NCBI GenBank assembly: GCA_965246895.1
Contig: OZ251993.1
Coordinates: 718,436 to 782,435 of the forward strand
Length of the DNA: 64,000 nt
Direction of reading: 5' to 3'
Origin: Alphaproteobacteria bacterium
GTDB lineage: Bacteria > Pseudomonadota > Alphaproteobacteria > JAIXQD01
The notes beneath the pieces were generated by a model. It saw nothing but the letters and a program-made list of their open reading frames with translations, searched no databases and was not told the origin of the DNA. Shown piece by piece: positions 9,044 to 17,008 of the stretch (the stretch's first letter is position 1; every line of letters begins with the position of its first letter). Made by a program: the position numbers and the translations under genes.

Positions 9044-10081
9044 ATGCTTACCTTAAAAATCGCCGTTCTCGGCGCGATGAACAATCTTGGCCGCGAGGTC
9101 GTGCAGGTGCTGGCGGAAAAGGGCGTGCCGGTGAAGCAAGTCTCCGTGCTGATGCCAGGCAATGCGCCAGGCATGACAGTGGGCTATGGCGACGAGGATC
9201 AGGAACTACATATCAAACAGGCCGAGACCTTCGATTTCTCAAATGTCGACGTGGTGGTCAGCGCTGCTGGCGATGCGGTAGCGCAGACGCTGCGCAAGGC
9301 CGCCGCTGCTGGTTCATTGGTGATTGATTTATCTGGCGCGTTCCTGAGCGAGCCGGATGTGAAGCCTGTGCTGCCGGGCCTGACCGAAGGCGATCTGGCG
9401 TTGCCCGCCAACGGTATCGTCGCTTGCCCCGCCCCGCTGACGGCGATGCTGGCCCGCGTGCTGGCACCGCTGCATAAAATCGCGGGCGTCAACCGCGTGA
9501 CGGTTGCCAGCTATCAGGCGGTGGCCACTATGGGCCGTGTGGCGATGGACGAGTTGTTCACGCAGACGCGCGCGATCTTCGTCAATGACGAGATCGTGAA
9601 AGAACAATTCCCGAAGCAGATTGCCTTTAATGTCATCCCGCAGACCGCGCCCTTGCGCGAAGACGGGCAGAGCGAGGAGGAATTCCGCCTTGCCGTCGAA
9701 ATCAAAAAACTGCTGGGCGCGAAGATCAAGGTTGCCGCCACCTGTGCTTTCGTGCCGACTTTCCTCGGTACTGGCATGGCCGTGACGGTTGAGCTGGCGC
9801 ATGAGCTGGAGTCTGTCGAGGCGACCAAGCTGCTACGCCGCGCGCCAGGTGTGACGATGGTCGATCAGCGCATTGAAGAGGGGATGATCACCCCGGCCGA
9901 AACCGCCGGCGAGGACGGCGTGTACGTTAGCCGCCTGCGCGACGATGCGACGGTCGACAACGGCCTTTCTCTCTGGATATCGGGTGACTCCCTGCGCCGC
10001 AGCGCGGTCGACGCCGTGGCGATCGTTGAGGCCTGGGCGGCACAAAAGCTGGCCGCACAAGGCATTCGCAAACTGCATTAA
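9044..10081 (+). CDS. asd: Aspartate-semialdehyde dehydrogenase homologue (apparently degenerate, see findings)
   Basis: 345 aa with an AAGGAA RBS. It is clearly collinear with short-type Asd: SYQAV, DELFTQTRAIFV, FPKQIAFNVIPQ, GEDGVYVSRLRDDATVDNGLSLWISGDSLRR. The expected GATGxVG, NPNCST and RVPV..GHS motifs instead read GAMNNLG, ACPAPLT and AFVPTFLGTG. Confidence 0.8.
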   Translation: MLTLKIAVLGAMNNLGREVVQVLAEKGVPVKQVSVLMPGNAPGMTVGYGDEDQELHIKQAETFDFSNVDVVVSAAGDAVAQTLRKAAAAGSLVIDLSGAFLSEPDVKPVLPGLTEGDLALPANGIVACPAPLTAMLARVLAPLHKIAGVNRVTVASYQAVATMGRVAMDELFTQTRAIFVNDEIVKEQFPKQIAFNVIPQTAPLREDGQSEEEFRLAVEIKKLLGAKIKVAATCAFVPTFLGTGMAVTVELAHELESVEATKLLRRAPGVTMVDQRIEEGMITPAETAGEDGVYVSRLRDDATVDNGLSLWISGDSLRRSAVDAVAIVEAWAAQKLAAQGIRKLH

Positions 10082-10143
10082 GCCGTTGCTCAGCACTATC
10101 GTTCTTGCTATGCAATGACTGCATATTGCAGGGAGATTTAGTG

Positions 10144-10917
10144 ATGACGATGATTGTTGTACCAAATACGTTTGATGGGTTGGTTGAACTCGAACGTAAA
10201 ACGCATAGTCGATTGATGGATTTATACGACCAGCTAATTAATGATCCCACGCTTCCTAAAAGCACAAGCGTTTACAGTAGCGCGCCTGACAGGGGACCGG
10301 CTGATTTTATGGCTCAGATCGTTGGCCAGGTTTTCACTGTGGGCGAATATCTTAATGAAAGTAGAAACCGCGAGTGTTTAGAAAATGATATTGGTCTTAA
10401 ACTCGTTTCTGAAGCTCAATTTGATACCTTGACGCCACATTTGACTGACGGCGAAACCGGGCAAGATTTACGCGACGGTGTTATCGCATTAACGCAAGCC
10501 GCACTCGAGATCCGTGCGCCATTGGGTGAGAAAGATAGCCTTCCCTTGCGATTGACACATAATCTGCTGACCTATGGCACTAATTATGCGCGTGCGCATC
10601 TGGGCTCGGTTTGGGATGATAGCCGCAATCCGGCGGGCAGATTAATTACGACTTGTCAGGGCGTGTTGCAAGGTGGGGCGGTGCCGTTCGTATCGCTGAA
10701 ATCAGGCATCAAAGCGGTCAACGAATTTGTTTCTATGGTTTGCAGCTACAGTCATCAGCCAAGGCAAGAAACGCAGATCATCGAGAATTTCGGTATGATC
10801 ACAAATTTCGGCAGGGAAATCATGCGCGAAGCCGAGGCACGGCTGCCGCAGCCGCCTGCTCCTGTTGCGCCCTTGGATGCGCCGATCTTCACGAAAGCCG
10901 CTGCGCCCTCCGTCTAA
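10144..10917 (+). CDS. Hypothetical protein (orphan-like, AT-richer)
   Basis: Track ORF 10105..10917, trimmed to Met14, which has GGGAGA upstream. The 257-aa product has no signal peptide, no TM segment and no motif I recognise. The C-terminus is Pro/Ala-rich. Confidence 0.5.
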   Translation: MTMIVVPNTFDGLVELERKTHSRLMDLYDQLINDPTLPKSTSVYSSAPDRGPADFMAQIVGQVFTVGEYLNESRNRECLENDIGLKLVSEAQFDTLTPHLTDGETGQDLRDGVIALTQAALEIRAPLGEKDSLPLRLTHNLLTYGTNYARAHLGSVWDDSRNPAGRLITTCQGVLQGGAVPFVSLKSGIKAVNEFVSMVCSYSHQPRQETQIIENFGMITNFGREIMREAEARLPQPPAPVAPLDAPIFTKAAAPSV

Positions 10918-10935
10918 ACCCGCTACTATCATCCC

Positions 10936-11634
10936 ATGGAATGGGACGACGACGGCATTATCTTGGGCGTGCGCGCGTCAGGCGAGCATGCAGGCATCGT
11001 CGGCGTCTTCACACCGCAATACGGCAAATGGTTTGGGCGCGTTTCCGGCGCGCAGTCGACGAAGCGCAAATCGTGGCTGGAGCCTGGGAATAGCGTTACC
11101 GTGCATTGGGGTGCACGACTAGAGGAACAGCTCGGCAATTTTCGATTAGAGCCTTCGCTGCCGCGAAGTGCCGGGGTATTCGACGAGCCGAAGAAGCTGC
11201 TAGCGCTTTCCTACCTTTCGCAGCTGACAGATGAGACAGTGCAAGAGCGGCTGCCGCTGCCGCTGTTATATGATGCGTATCAGCGCTCACTCGACATCGT
11301 GACCGAGAATGACGATCCACGCCGGGCCGTGATCGATTACGAGCTGAAGCTGCTGGAGCTGCTGGGCTATGGGCTTGACCTGAAATATTGCGCGGTCACG
11401 GGTGAGAGCGACGATCTGGTTTACCTGAGCCCCAATACGGGCCGCGCGGTGAGTCGGCTTGCAGGCGAACCCTACGCCGAGCGCTTACTGCCACTGCCGC
11501 AATATTGGCTAACGTTGGCCTTTCCTGATGATGCGGGGCTAAAGCAAGCCGCGAAGACAACAGGGTTTTTCTTGACCCAGCATTTTTTCCCGGAGCCGCG
11601 CAAGCTACCGGGCATTAGAGCGCAGATTTTTTAA
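10936..11634 (+). CDS. recO: DNA repair protein RecO
   Basis: 232 aa. The N-terminus MEWDDDGIILGVRASGEHAGIVGVFTPQYGKWFGRVSGAQSTKRKSWLEPGNSV matches the RecO OB-fold N-terminal pattern. Size is typical for alphaproteobacterial RecO. Confidence 0.85.
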   Translation: MEWDDDGIILGVRASGEHAGIVGVFTPQYGKWFGRVSGAQSTKRKSWLEPGNSVTVHWGARLEEQLGNFRLEPSLPRSAGVFDEPKKLLALSYLSQLTDETVQERLPLPLLYDAYQRSLDIVTENDDPRRAVIDYELKLLELLGYGLDLKYCAVTGESDDLVYLSPNTGRAVSRLAGEPYAERLLPLPQYWLTLAFPDDAGLKQAAKTTGFFLTQHFFPEPRKLPGIRAQIF

Positions 11635-11637
11635 ACC

Positions 11638-11721
11638 AAAATGGGATGCCTGCTTTCGCAGGCAAGACAGTTATAAATGAATTCAAGCAGTGTCATTCCT
11701 GCGGAAGCAGGAATCCCATTT
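11638..11721. repeat. Composite palindromic (REP/MITE-like) element filling the recO/GST convergent spacer
   Basis: The left arm is aaATGGGATgCCTGCtttcGCAGGca. The right arm is caTTCCTGCggaaGCAGGAATCCCATtt. The arms are inverted copies of each other (AATGGGAT.CCTGC....GCAGG), and each carries its own 6-bp hairpin. Confidence 0.7.
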
Positions 11722-11723
11722 AG

Positions 11724-12353
11724 TTACGCCGCCAAACTATACTTCACATCTTGCTCTTGCATCGCTTGCTGAAAGGCGGGGAGGGCCAGCACGCCGTCGA
11801 TCGCCGTCATCACGTTCGGGCCAAGCGACAAGTGGAAGCCAACTTTGTTATTCCAGTTCGCAATCACAGCCATAAAGATATCGGCTGGGCCGGGTTGGTC
11901 ACCACCTAGATAGGTTTGCGATGCCAACACCTGATTGAGTTCATCCCAGCAGGATTGGATGCGCTTTTGCGCCATGGCCAAAACATCATGCTTGGTATTG
12001 TCACTATCGTAAGAGCGCGAGCCGAATGCGGCGCTATAGGCTGGATGCAAGGTAGCGCTGCAATAGCCGAGCCACTGCAAGCATCGTGCGCGGGCCTGCG
12101 TGCCATTTTCGGTCGACCAACCCATAAAGCCATGCTTGTCGCAGAGATAGGTGAGGATCGCCGTCTGCTCGCGGATCGGGAAACCATCATCCAGCAACAG
12201 CGGCACATTCCCGCGCGGATTCAGCTTCAGGAACGCCGGCTGTTTGATCTCGGCATGGGTGACGCGGATCACCTCGTACGGCTGGCCGATCTGATACAGC
12301 ACGGCATGAGTCGCCAAGGCGCAAGAGCCTTGCAGGTAATAGAGCTGGTACAT
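11724..12353 (-). CDS. Glutathione S-transferase (beta-class-like), copy 1
   Basis: 209 aa. The N-terminus MYQLYYLQGSCALATHAVL has the beta-class Cys context (compare E. coli GstA PGACS). Also contains FLKLNPRGNVPLLLDDGFPIREQTAILTYL. Confidence 0.85.
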   Translation of the reverse strand: MYQLYYLQGSCALATHAVLYQIGQPYEVIRVTHAEIKQPAFLKLNPRGNVPLLLDDGFPIREQTAILTYLCDKHGFMGWSTENGTQARARCLQWLGYCSATLHPAYSAAFGSRSYDSDNTKHDVLAMAQKRIQSCWDELNQVLASQTYLGGDQPGPADIFMAVIANWNNKVGFHLSLGPNVMTAIDGVLALPAFQQAMQEQDVKYSLAA

Positions 12354-12358
12354 AGCGA

Positions 12359-12997
12359 CTAAGCTGCGACTTTATATTCGGTATGCTCTTCGCTGACCGC
12401 TTGCTGGAACCAGGGCTGCGATGATACGGTCTTGATCACGCGTTGCACATTGCTGCCGAGGGTGAAGGTCAGCATCGGTAAGTTCTTATTCCAGCCTGCA
12501 ATCACGCTCATGTAAACATCGGCCGGGCCCCAAGCATCGCCACTCAGATAAGCGCGGGTCGAGAGCGTCTGGTCGAGCTCATCCCACAAGGACTGAATAG
12601 CCGTTTGCGACGAATTCAGAATGTCTTGTTTCGTTTGCTCGTTCGCATAGCCGCCAAAGGCAGCCTTAAATGCCGGCATGTAAGTGCCGTGTAGGGTCGA
12701 ATTGCAATAAGCCAGCCACTGCATCTGCGTGGCGCGCGCTTGCGTGCCGAGGTCCTGCGTCCAGCCGCTGCAGCCGTGTTTGTCGCAAAGGTATGAAATG
12801 ATCGCGACATTTTCGCGGATCGAGAAGCCATCATCCAGCAGCAATGGTACATTGCCCCGGGGATTCAGCTTAAGAAATTCGGGTTGTTTGATGCTTTGCG
12901 GTGTCATCGAATGATATTCGAAAGGCTGCTGCATGCAGATTAGCAGCGCGTGGGTGGTCATGGAGCAGGAGCCTGAAAGGCCATAAAGCTGATACAT
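12359..12997 (-). CDS. Glutathione S-transferase (beta-class-like), copy 2 (tandem paralogue)
   Basis: 212 aa. Contains MYQLYGLSGSCSMTTHALL...FLKLNPRGNVPLLLDDGFSIRENVAIISYL. By eye it is roughly 60% identical to the adjacent copy. Confidence 0.85.
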   Translation of the reverse strand: MYQLYGLSGSCSMTTHALLICMQQPFEYHSMTPQSIKQPEFLKLNPRGNVPLLLDDGFSIRENVAIISYLCDKHGCSGWTQDLGTQARATQMQWLAYCNSTLHGTYMPAFKAAFGGYANEQTKQDILNSSQTAIQSLWDELDQTLSTRAYLSGDAWGPADVYMSVIAGWNKNLPMLTFTLGSNVQRVIKTVSSQPWFQQAVSEEHTEYKVAA

Positions 12998-13107
12998 AAT
13001 GTGTGCCTCCGTTGATTTGGCGGTACTCTAAACCTGGCGGGAAAGACTTGCAACGCTATGATAAAGCCGGGCTTGCCAAGCCGCGCCAGATCATTATCGT
13101 CTCGCCC

Positions 13108-15372
13108 ATGCCACCTGTGACAAAGCTTAAGAGCAAAACCCCGCCACCGCCGCCGATCGAAACGATCTTGGCCAAACCGTTCGGCGAAGCGATGAGTGAA
13201 CGGTATTTGGCCTATGCGCTGTCAACCATCCAGTCGCGCGCGCTGCCCGATGTGCGGGACGGGCTGAAGCCTGTGCATCGTCGCTTGCTGTTCGGGATGC
13301 GCGAATTGCGCCTGTCGCCCAACCAGCCACCGAAGAAATCGGCGCGGGTGGTCGGTGACGTGATGGGTAAATATCACCCGCATGGCGATGCCTCGATCTA
13401 TGACGCGCTGGTGCGCCTGGCGCAGGATTTCAGCGTGCGCTATCCGTTGATCGACGGGCAGGGCAATTTCGGCAATATCGACGGCGATAATCCCGCCGCC
13501 ATGCGCTACACCGAAGCCAAGATGACGGCGGTGGCCGAAGCACTGCTGCAGGGGCTGGACGAAGACGCGGTCGACTTCAAGCCGTCTTACGACGGCCACG
13601 GTGAAGAGCCGGTGGTGATGCCGGCTGCCTTCCCGAATTTATTGGCAAACGGTGCCAGCGGCATTGCCGTTGGTATGGCCACCAGCATCCCGCCACATAA
13701 TGTTGATGAGCTCTGCGTGGCGCTGCGGCATCTGATTGCCACGCCAGGAGCGGGGCTAGATAAGCTGGTTAGCCTGGTGCCAGGGCCCGACTTCCCCACT
13801 GGCGGCGTCATGGTGGAAGACCGGGCGACGATTTTGGAATCGTACAAGACCGGGCGCGGTAGTTTCCGCCTGCGCGCGAAATTCGAGATCGAGCAACTGG
13901 GCGTTGGCCAGTGGCAGATCATCGTCACTGAAATGCCGTGGCAGGTGCAGAAATCCCGCCTGATCGAGCGCATGGCCGAGCTGCATGCGCTGAAAAAGCT
14001 GCCACTGCTGGATGATATCCGCGACGAAAGTGCGGATGATGTGCGGCTGGTACTGGTGCCAAAGAGCCGCGCCGTTGATCCTGCTGTTCTCATGGAACAG
14101 CTATTCCGCGCCACCGACCTGGAAGTGCGGATCTCGTTGAACATGAATGTGCTGGATGCAACCGGCACGCCGCGGGTAATGAATCTAAAGGAAGTGCTGC
14201 AAGCCTTCCTCGACCATCGGCATGTGGTGCTGGAGCGGCGCACGCGCAACCGCTTGGCGCATATCGCCGACCGTCTGGAGGTGCTAGGCGGCTATCTAGT
14301 CGCGTTCCTGAACATTGACGCGGTGATCAAAATCATCCGCAATGAGGATGAGCCGAAACCGGTGATGATCAAGCGCTTCAAAATTACCGAGCGTCAGGCC
14401 GAGGCGATTTTAAACTTGCGCCTGCGCGCTTTGCGAAAGCTGGAAGAGATTGAAATTCAAAAAGAGTACGACGCGCTTTCGAAAGAACAGAAAGAGCTGA
14501 CTGGCTTATTGAAAAGCGAAGACAAGCGTTGGGCCGCGATTGACGCCGAAATCCAGCAAATCAAAAAGCAGTTTGGGAAAGAGACACCGCTGGGCCGTCG
14601 CCGCACGCTGCTGTCAGGCCCGCCCGCTGCGGTCGACCTACCAGACGAGAACGAAATCCTGCGCGAGAATATTACGATCTTTATCAGCGATAAGGGCTGG
14701 GTGCGCACGCTCAAAGGGCATGTCGAGGAATCCGATACGAAGGGTTACAAAGAAGGGGATAGCCCCCGCTTCATCATCCAAGGCGAGACGGTGGACAAGT
14801 TGCTGCTGTTTGCCTCAAACGGGCGGTTCTACACGATCGGCGCTGACAAGCTGCCGCGTGGGCGCGGCTTTGGCGAGCCGCTACGCCTGATGGTCGATAT
14901 GGGCGATAGCGAAATCGTGAATATCCAAGCCTATGACGAAGCGGCGCGTTTCCTTGTCGCTAGTGACAATGGCTATGGCTTTGTAACGAAGGCGAGTGAC
15001 GTACTGGCGCAGACCAAAAACGGCAAGCAGGTGCTGAACCTGGTCGAGGGCGCCAAGGCCGTGCTGGCCGTGCCGGTTGAAGAAAAGGCGGACAACGTTG
15101 CAATCGTCGGCACCAATCGCAAGCTAGTGATCTTCCCGCTGTCTGAATTGCCGGAGATGGCACGTGGCAAAGGCGTGCTGCTGCAGAAATACAAGGATGC
15201 GAAGCTGAGCGACGCAAAAGCTTTCACGCTGAAGGCAGGGTTAAGCTGGAGTTCGCCCGGTGGCCGCAACAAGACGGAAACCGATCTCAAAACCTGGCGC
15301 GTCGGTCGCGGCAGCCAGGGCTATCAGCCACCCGCCGGTTTCCCGCGCAGCAACACGTTTAACGGGGACTAA
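13108..15372 (+). CDS. parC: DNA topoisomerase IV subunit A
   Basis: Track ORF 13003..15372, trimmed to Met36 (MPPVTKLK). Contains RYLAYALSTIQSRALPDVRDGLKPVHRRLL and the catalytic Tyr motif AAMRYTEAKM. The 754-aa length fits ParC rather than the longer GyrA. Confidence 0.9.
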   Translation: MPPVTKLKSKTPPPPPIETILAKPFGEAMSERYLAYALSTIQSRALPDVRDGLKPVHRRLLFGMRELRLSPNQPPKKSARVVGDVMGKYHPHGDASIYDALVRLAQDFSVRYPLIDGQGNFGNIDGDNPAAMRYTEAKMTAVAEALLQGLDEDAVDFKPSYDGHGEEPVVMPAAFPNLLANGASGIAVGMATSIPPHNVDELCVALRHLIATPGAGLDKLVSLVPGPDFPTGGVMVEDRATILESYKTGRGSFRLRAKFEIEQLGVGQWQIIVTEMPWQVQKSRLIERMAELHALKKLPLLDDIRDESADDVRLVLVPKSRAVDPAVLMEQLFRATDLEVRISLNMNVLDATGTPRVMNLKEVLQAFLDHRHVVLERRTRNRLAHIADRLEVLGGYLVAFLNIDAVIKIIRNEDEPKPVMIKRFKITERQAEAILNLRLRALRKLEEIEIQKEYDALSKEQKELTGLLKSEDKRWAAIDAEIQQIKKQFGKETPLGRRRTLLSGPPAAVDLPDENEILRENITIFISDKGWVRTLKGHVEESDTKGYKEGDSPRFIIQGETVDKLLLFASNGRFYTIGADKLPRGRGFGEPLRLMVDMGDSEIVNIQAYDEAARFLVASDNGYGFVTKASDVLAQTKNGKQVLNLVEGAKAVLAVPVEEKADNVAIVGTNRKLVIFPLSELPEMARGKGVLLQKYKDAKLSDAKAFTLKAGLSWSSPGGRNKTETDLKTWRVGRGSQGYQPPAGFPRSNTFNGD

Positions 15373-15636
15373 GATGGATCTGTTCGACACTTTTAATCAT
15401 CGGCGCGATAACTGGAGTCAGCAAGGCAGCATGATGGTGCAAGCCTCGCTGGCGCGAGCGCGTTGTCGCACGCGGCGCAAACCGAACCCAAAAGTTTCGA
15501 TCTTGTACTTGGCAGCGGGCAAATGGCACGCCGCACGCGTTGCCGTCGTTAAAAAAGCCATCCATACACCACCGCCCAGCCGATTTACGCGCCGCGGGAC
15601 GTACATCGAATATGGGCATATTCGGAGCTTGGGACG

Positions 15637-16242
15637 CTAGGCAGCGTTGCTGAGTCCAAATTGCTCTGGTTGCGTGCTCGCCAGCTGGGCAAACTTTGCA
15701 AAAATATTATGCGGGCGCCAGGTTTCATATAGGCGATCAAGTATCAAACGATCCATGGCCGCCATGCTGCTCTCAAAGCCATCAGGCATAAAAATATAAG
15801 AAAGCGCAGACCAGGCTTCGGCATGCAGATCGCCTTGCTTGGAACGCAGCAGAGTGCCCCGTTCATGCGTCGAGACGATGCTGCCGATGGTGCCGTCGCA
15901 GTCGGCATATGCTAGTGCGCTAATAAAGTAGCAGCTACGGTCTTCGATCCCTTCCAGCATTTTCAAGAAGCCTTCGATGCCGACGCGTTCCAGCACGGGT
16001 TTCGTCAGTGCTTCAGGAAAATTGTTTAGAGCCGGGATACAAAGGCCGCTGTCTTCAACCACGACCGGGCCGCGCACGAGTTCAAATGCCTTGGCAGCTT
16101 TGTGACGCGCGACTTCGGAAATGGAAATTTCCTGCGGCTCGTCGATTTGCAGAGGCTGCTGCCGGGCGGCAAGGCCATAAGGCGCAAGTTCCTGACAAAA
16201 GCGAGTATATTTGCCGCTATTAGACGTGGCGAAGGTAATCAT
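15637..16242 (-). CDS. Ham1/ITPase-family non-canonical purine NTP pyrophosphatase (divergent)
   Basis: 201 aa. Contains ITFATSNSGK (the TgNxgK motif), IDEPQEISISEVARHKA and VVVEDSGLCIPALNNFPEALTK. The C-terminal GFGYDP and SHR motifs of bacterial RdgB are not recognisable. Confidence 0.65.
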   Translation of the reverse strand: MITFATSNSGKYTRFCQELAPYGLAARQQPLQIDEPQEISISEVARHKAAKAFELVRGPVVVEDSGLCIPALNNFPEALTKPVLERVGIEGFLKMLEGIEDRSCYFISALAYADCDGTIGSIVSTHERGTLLRSKQGDLHAEAWSALSYIFMPDGFESSMAAMDRLILDRLYETWRPHNIFAKFAQLASTQPEQFGLSNAA

Positions 16243-16263
16243 GCCGGCAGAATAGGTTTAGCG

Positions 16264-17004
16264 TTAGGGCAAAGCAAGCCAGCCCTGTTCGGTCAGTATC
16301 TCTGCAGGTTGGAAGCGGCTTTTATAGGCCATCTTTGGGCTCTCTTCGATCCAATAGCCGAGATAAAGATAGGGCCGTTCCTCGCGCTGTGCCTGCCGCA
16401 CAAGCCGCAGCACCAGTTCCGTTCCAAGGCTACGCTTCGGCTGCACGGCATCGTAAAAACTATAGACGGCAGAGAGCCCGGCTTCGGTGCGGTCGGCAAG
16501 CACCGCGCCCACAATCGTTTCGCCAAAGCTGAGCGTGAAGACCGTTGCGCCCAAATTGTTGTATCTGGCACCTGGGGCTAGCAAGGTCACAAAATCGTCT
16601 TCTGTAAACTCCGCCATCTCGCTTTCGGCATGGCGCTGTAACTGATAAGCGGCAAACAGCGAATAGAGCTTTGCCTGCGCTTCTTCACAGCTAATTTCTT
16701 GCCACGTCAGATCCTGATTGCGGCGTTGCGTGCGCAGTTGCGAGGCATTATACGCAAACCGTGAAACTGGCAGCCGGTAAGAAATGCAACGATTGCAAAT
16801 GCCGCAATGCGGACGATACATGAAATTTTGCGAGCGGCGGAATCCCAATTGCGTAAAAAAACCAAGCTGCATGGCTGCGGTTGCAGGCTTGTCGTCAAGC
16901 GGCACAAGCAAGCGTTGCTCGATCAGGCCTGGGAGATACGGACAGGGGGCAGGCCGATTTAAATAGACCTTTAGGTTATCGTCAAAGATTGGCGCGTCCG
17001 CCAT
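16264..17004 (-). CDS. bpt: Arginyl/leucyl-tRNA--protein transferase (Bpt/Ate family)
   Basis: Track ORF 16264..17058, trimmed to Met19 so that it begins 4 nt after the motB stop. Contains CPYLPG...FRRSQNFMYRPHCGICNRCISYRLPV and a C-terminal YLYLGYWI motif, both typical of Bpt. Confidence 0.85.
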   Translation of the reverse strand: MADAPIFDDNLKVYLNRPAPCPYLPGLIEQRLLVPLDDKPATAAMQLGFFTQLGFRRSQNFMYRPHCGICNRCISYRLPVSRFAYNASQLRTQRRNQDLTWQEISCEEAQAKLYSLFAAYQLQRHAESEMAEFTEDDFVTLLAPGARYNNLGATVFTLSFGETIVGAVLADRTEAGLSAVYSFYDAVQPKRSLGTELVLRLVRQAQREERPYLYLGYWIEESPKMAYKSRFQPAEILTEQGWLALP

Positions 17005-17008
17005 TGGC

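Noticed and set aside
13587-14249. 220-aa reverse-strand ORF inside parC, and similar shadow ORFs inside sdhA (7415..7981), the glycosyltransferase/esterase genes (2593..3237), yejF, yejA and the OmpA-family gene (61432..61977, 61996..62409 and others).
   Set aside because: Each overlaps a confidently identified gene on the other strand or frame and has low-complexity Ser/Arg/Ala-rich composition. No independent support.
15374-15640. 88-codon ORF starting 1 nt after the parC stop (MDLFDTFNHRRDNW...), and the competing reverse ORF 15359..15619 in the parC/ITPase convergent spacer.
   Set aside because: Both frames are open over the same DNA. Neither has an RBS or a motif, and the products are Arg-rich. 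I cannot decide between them or against plain non-coding DNA. Worth a conservation check, but not reportable as a gene.
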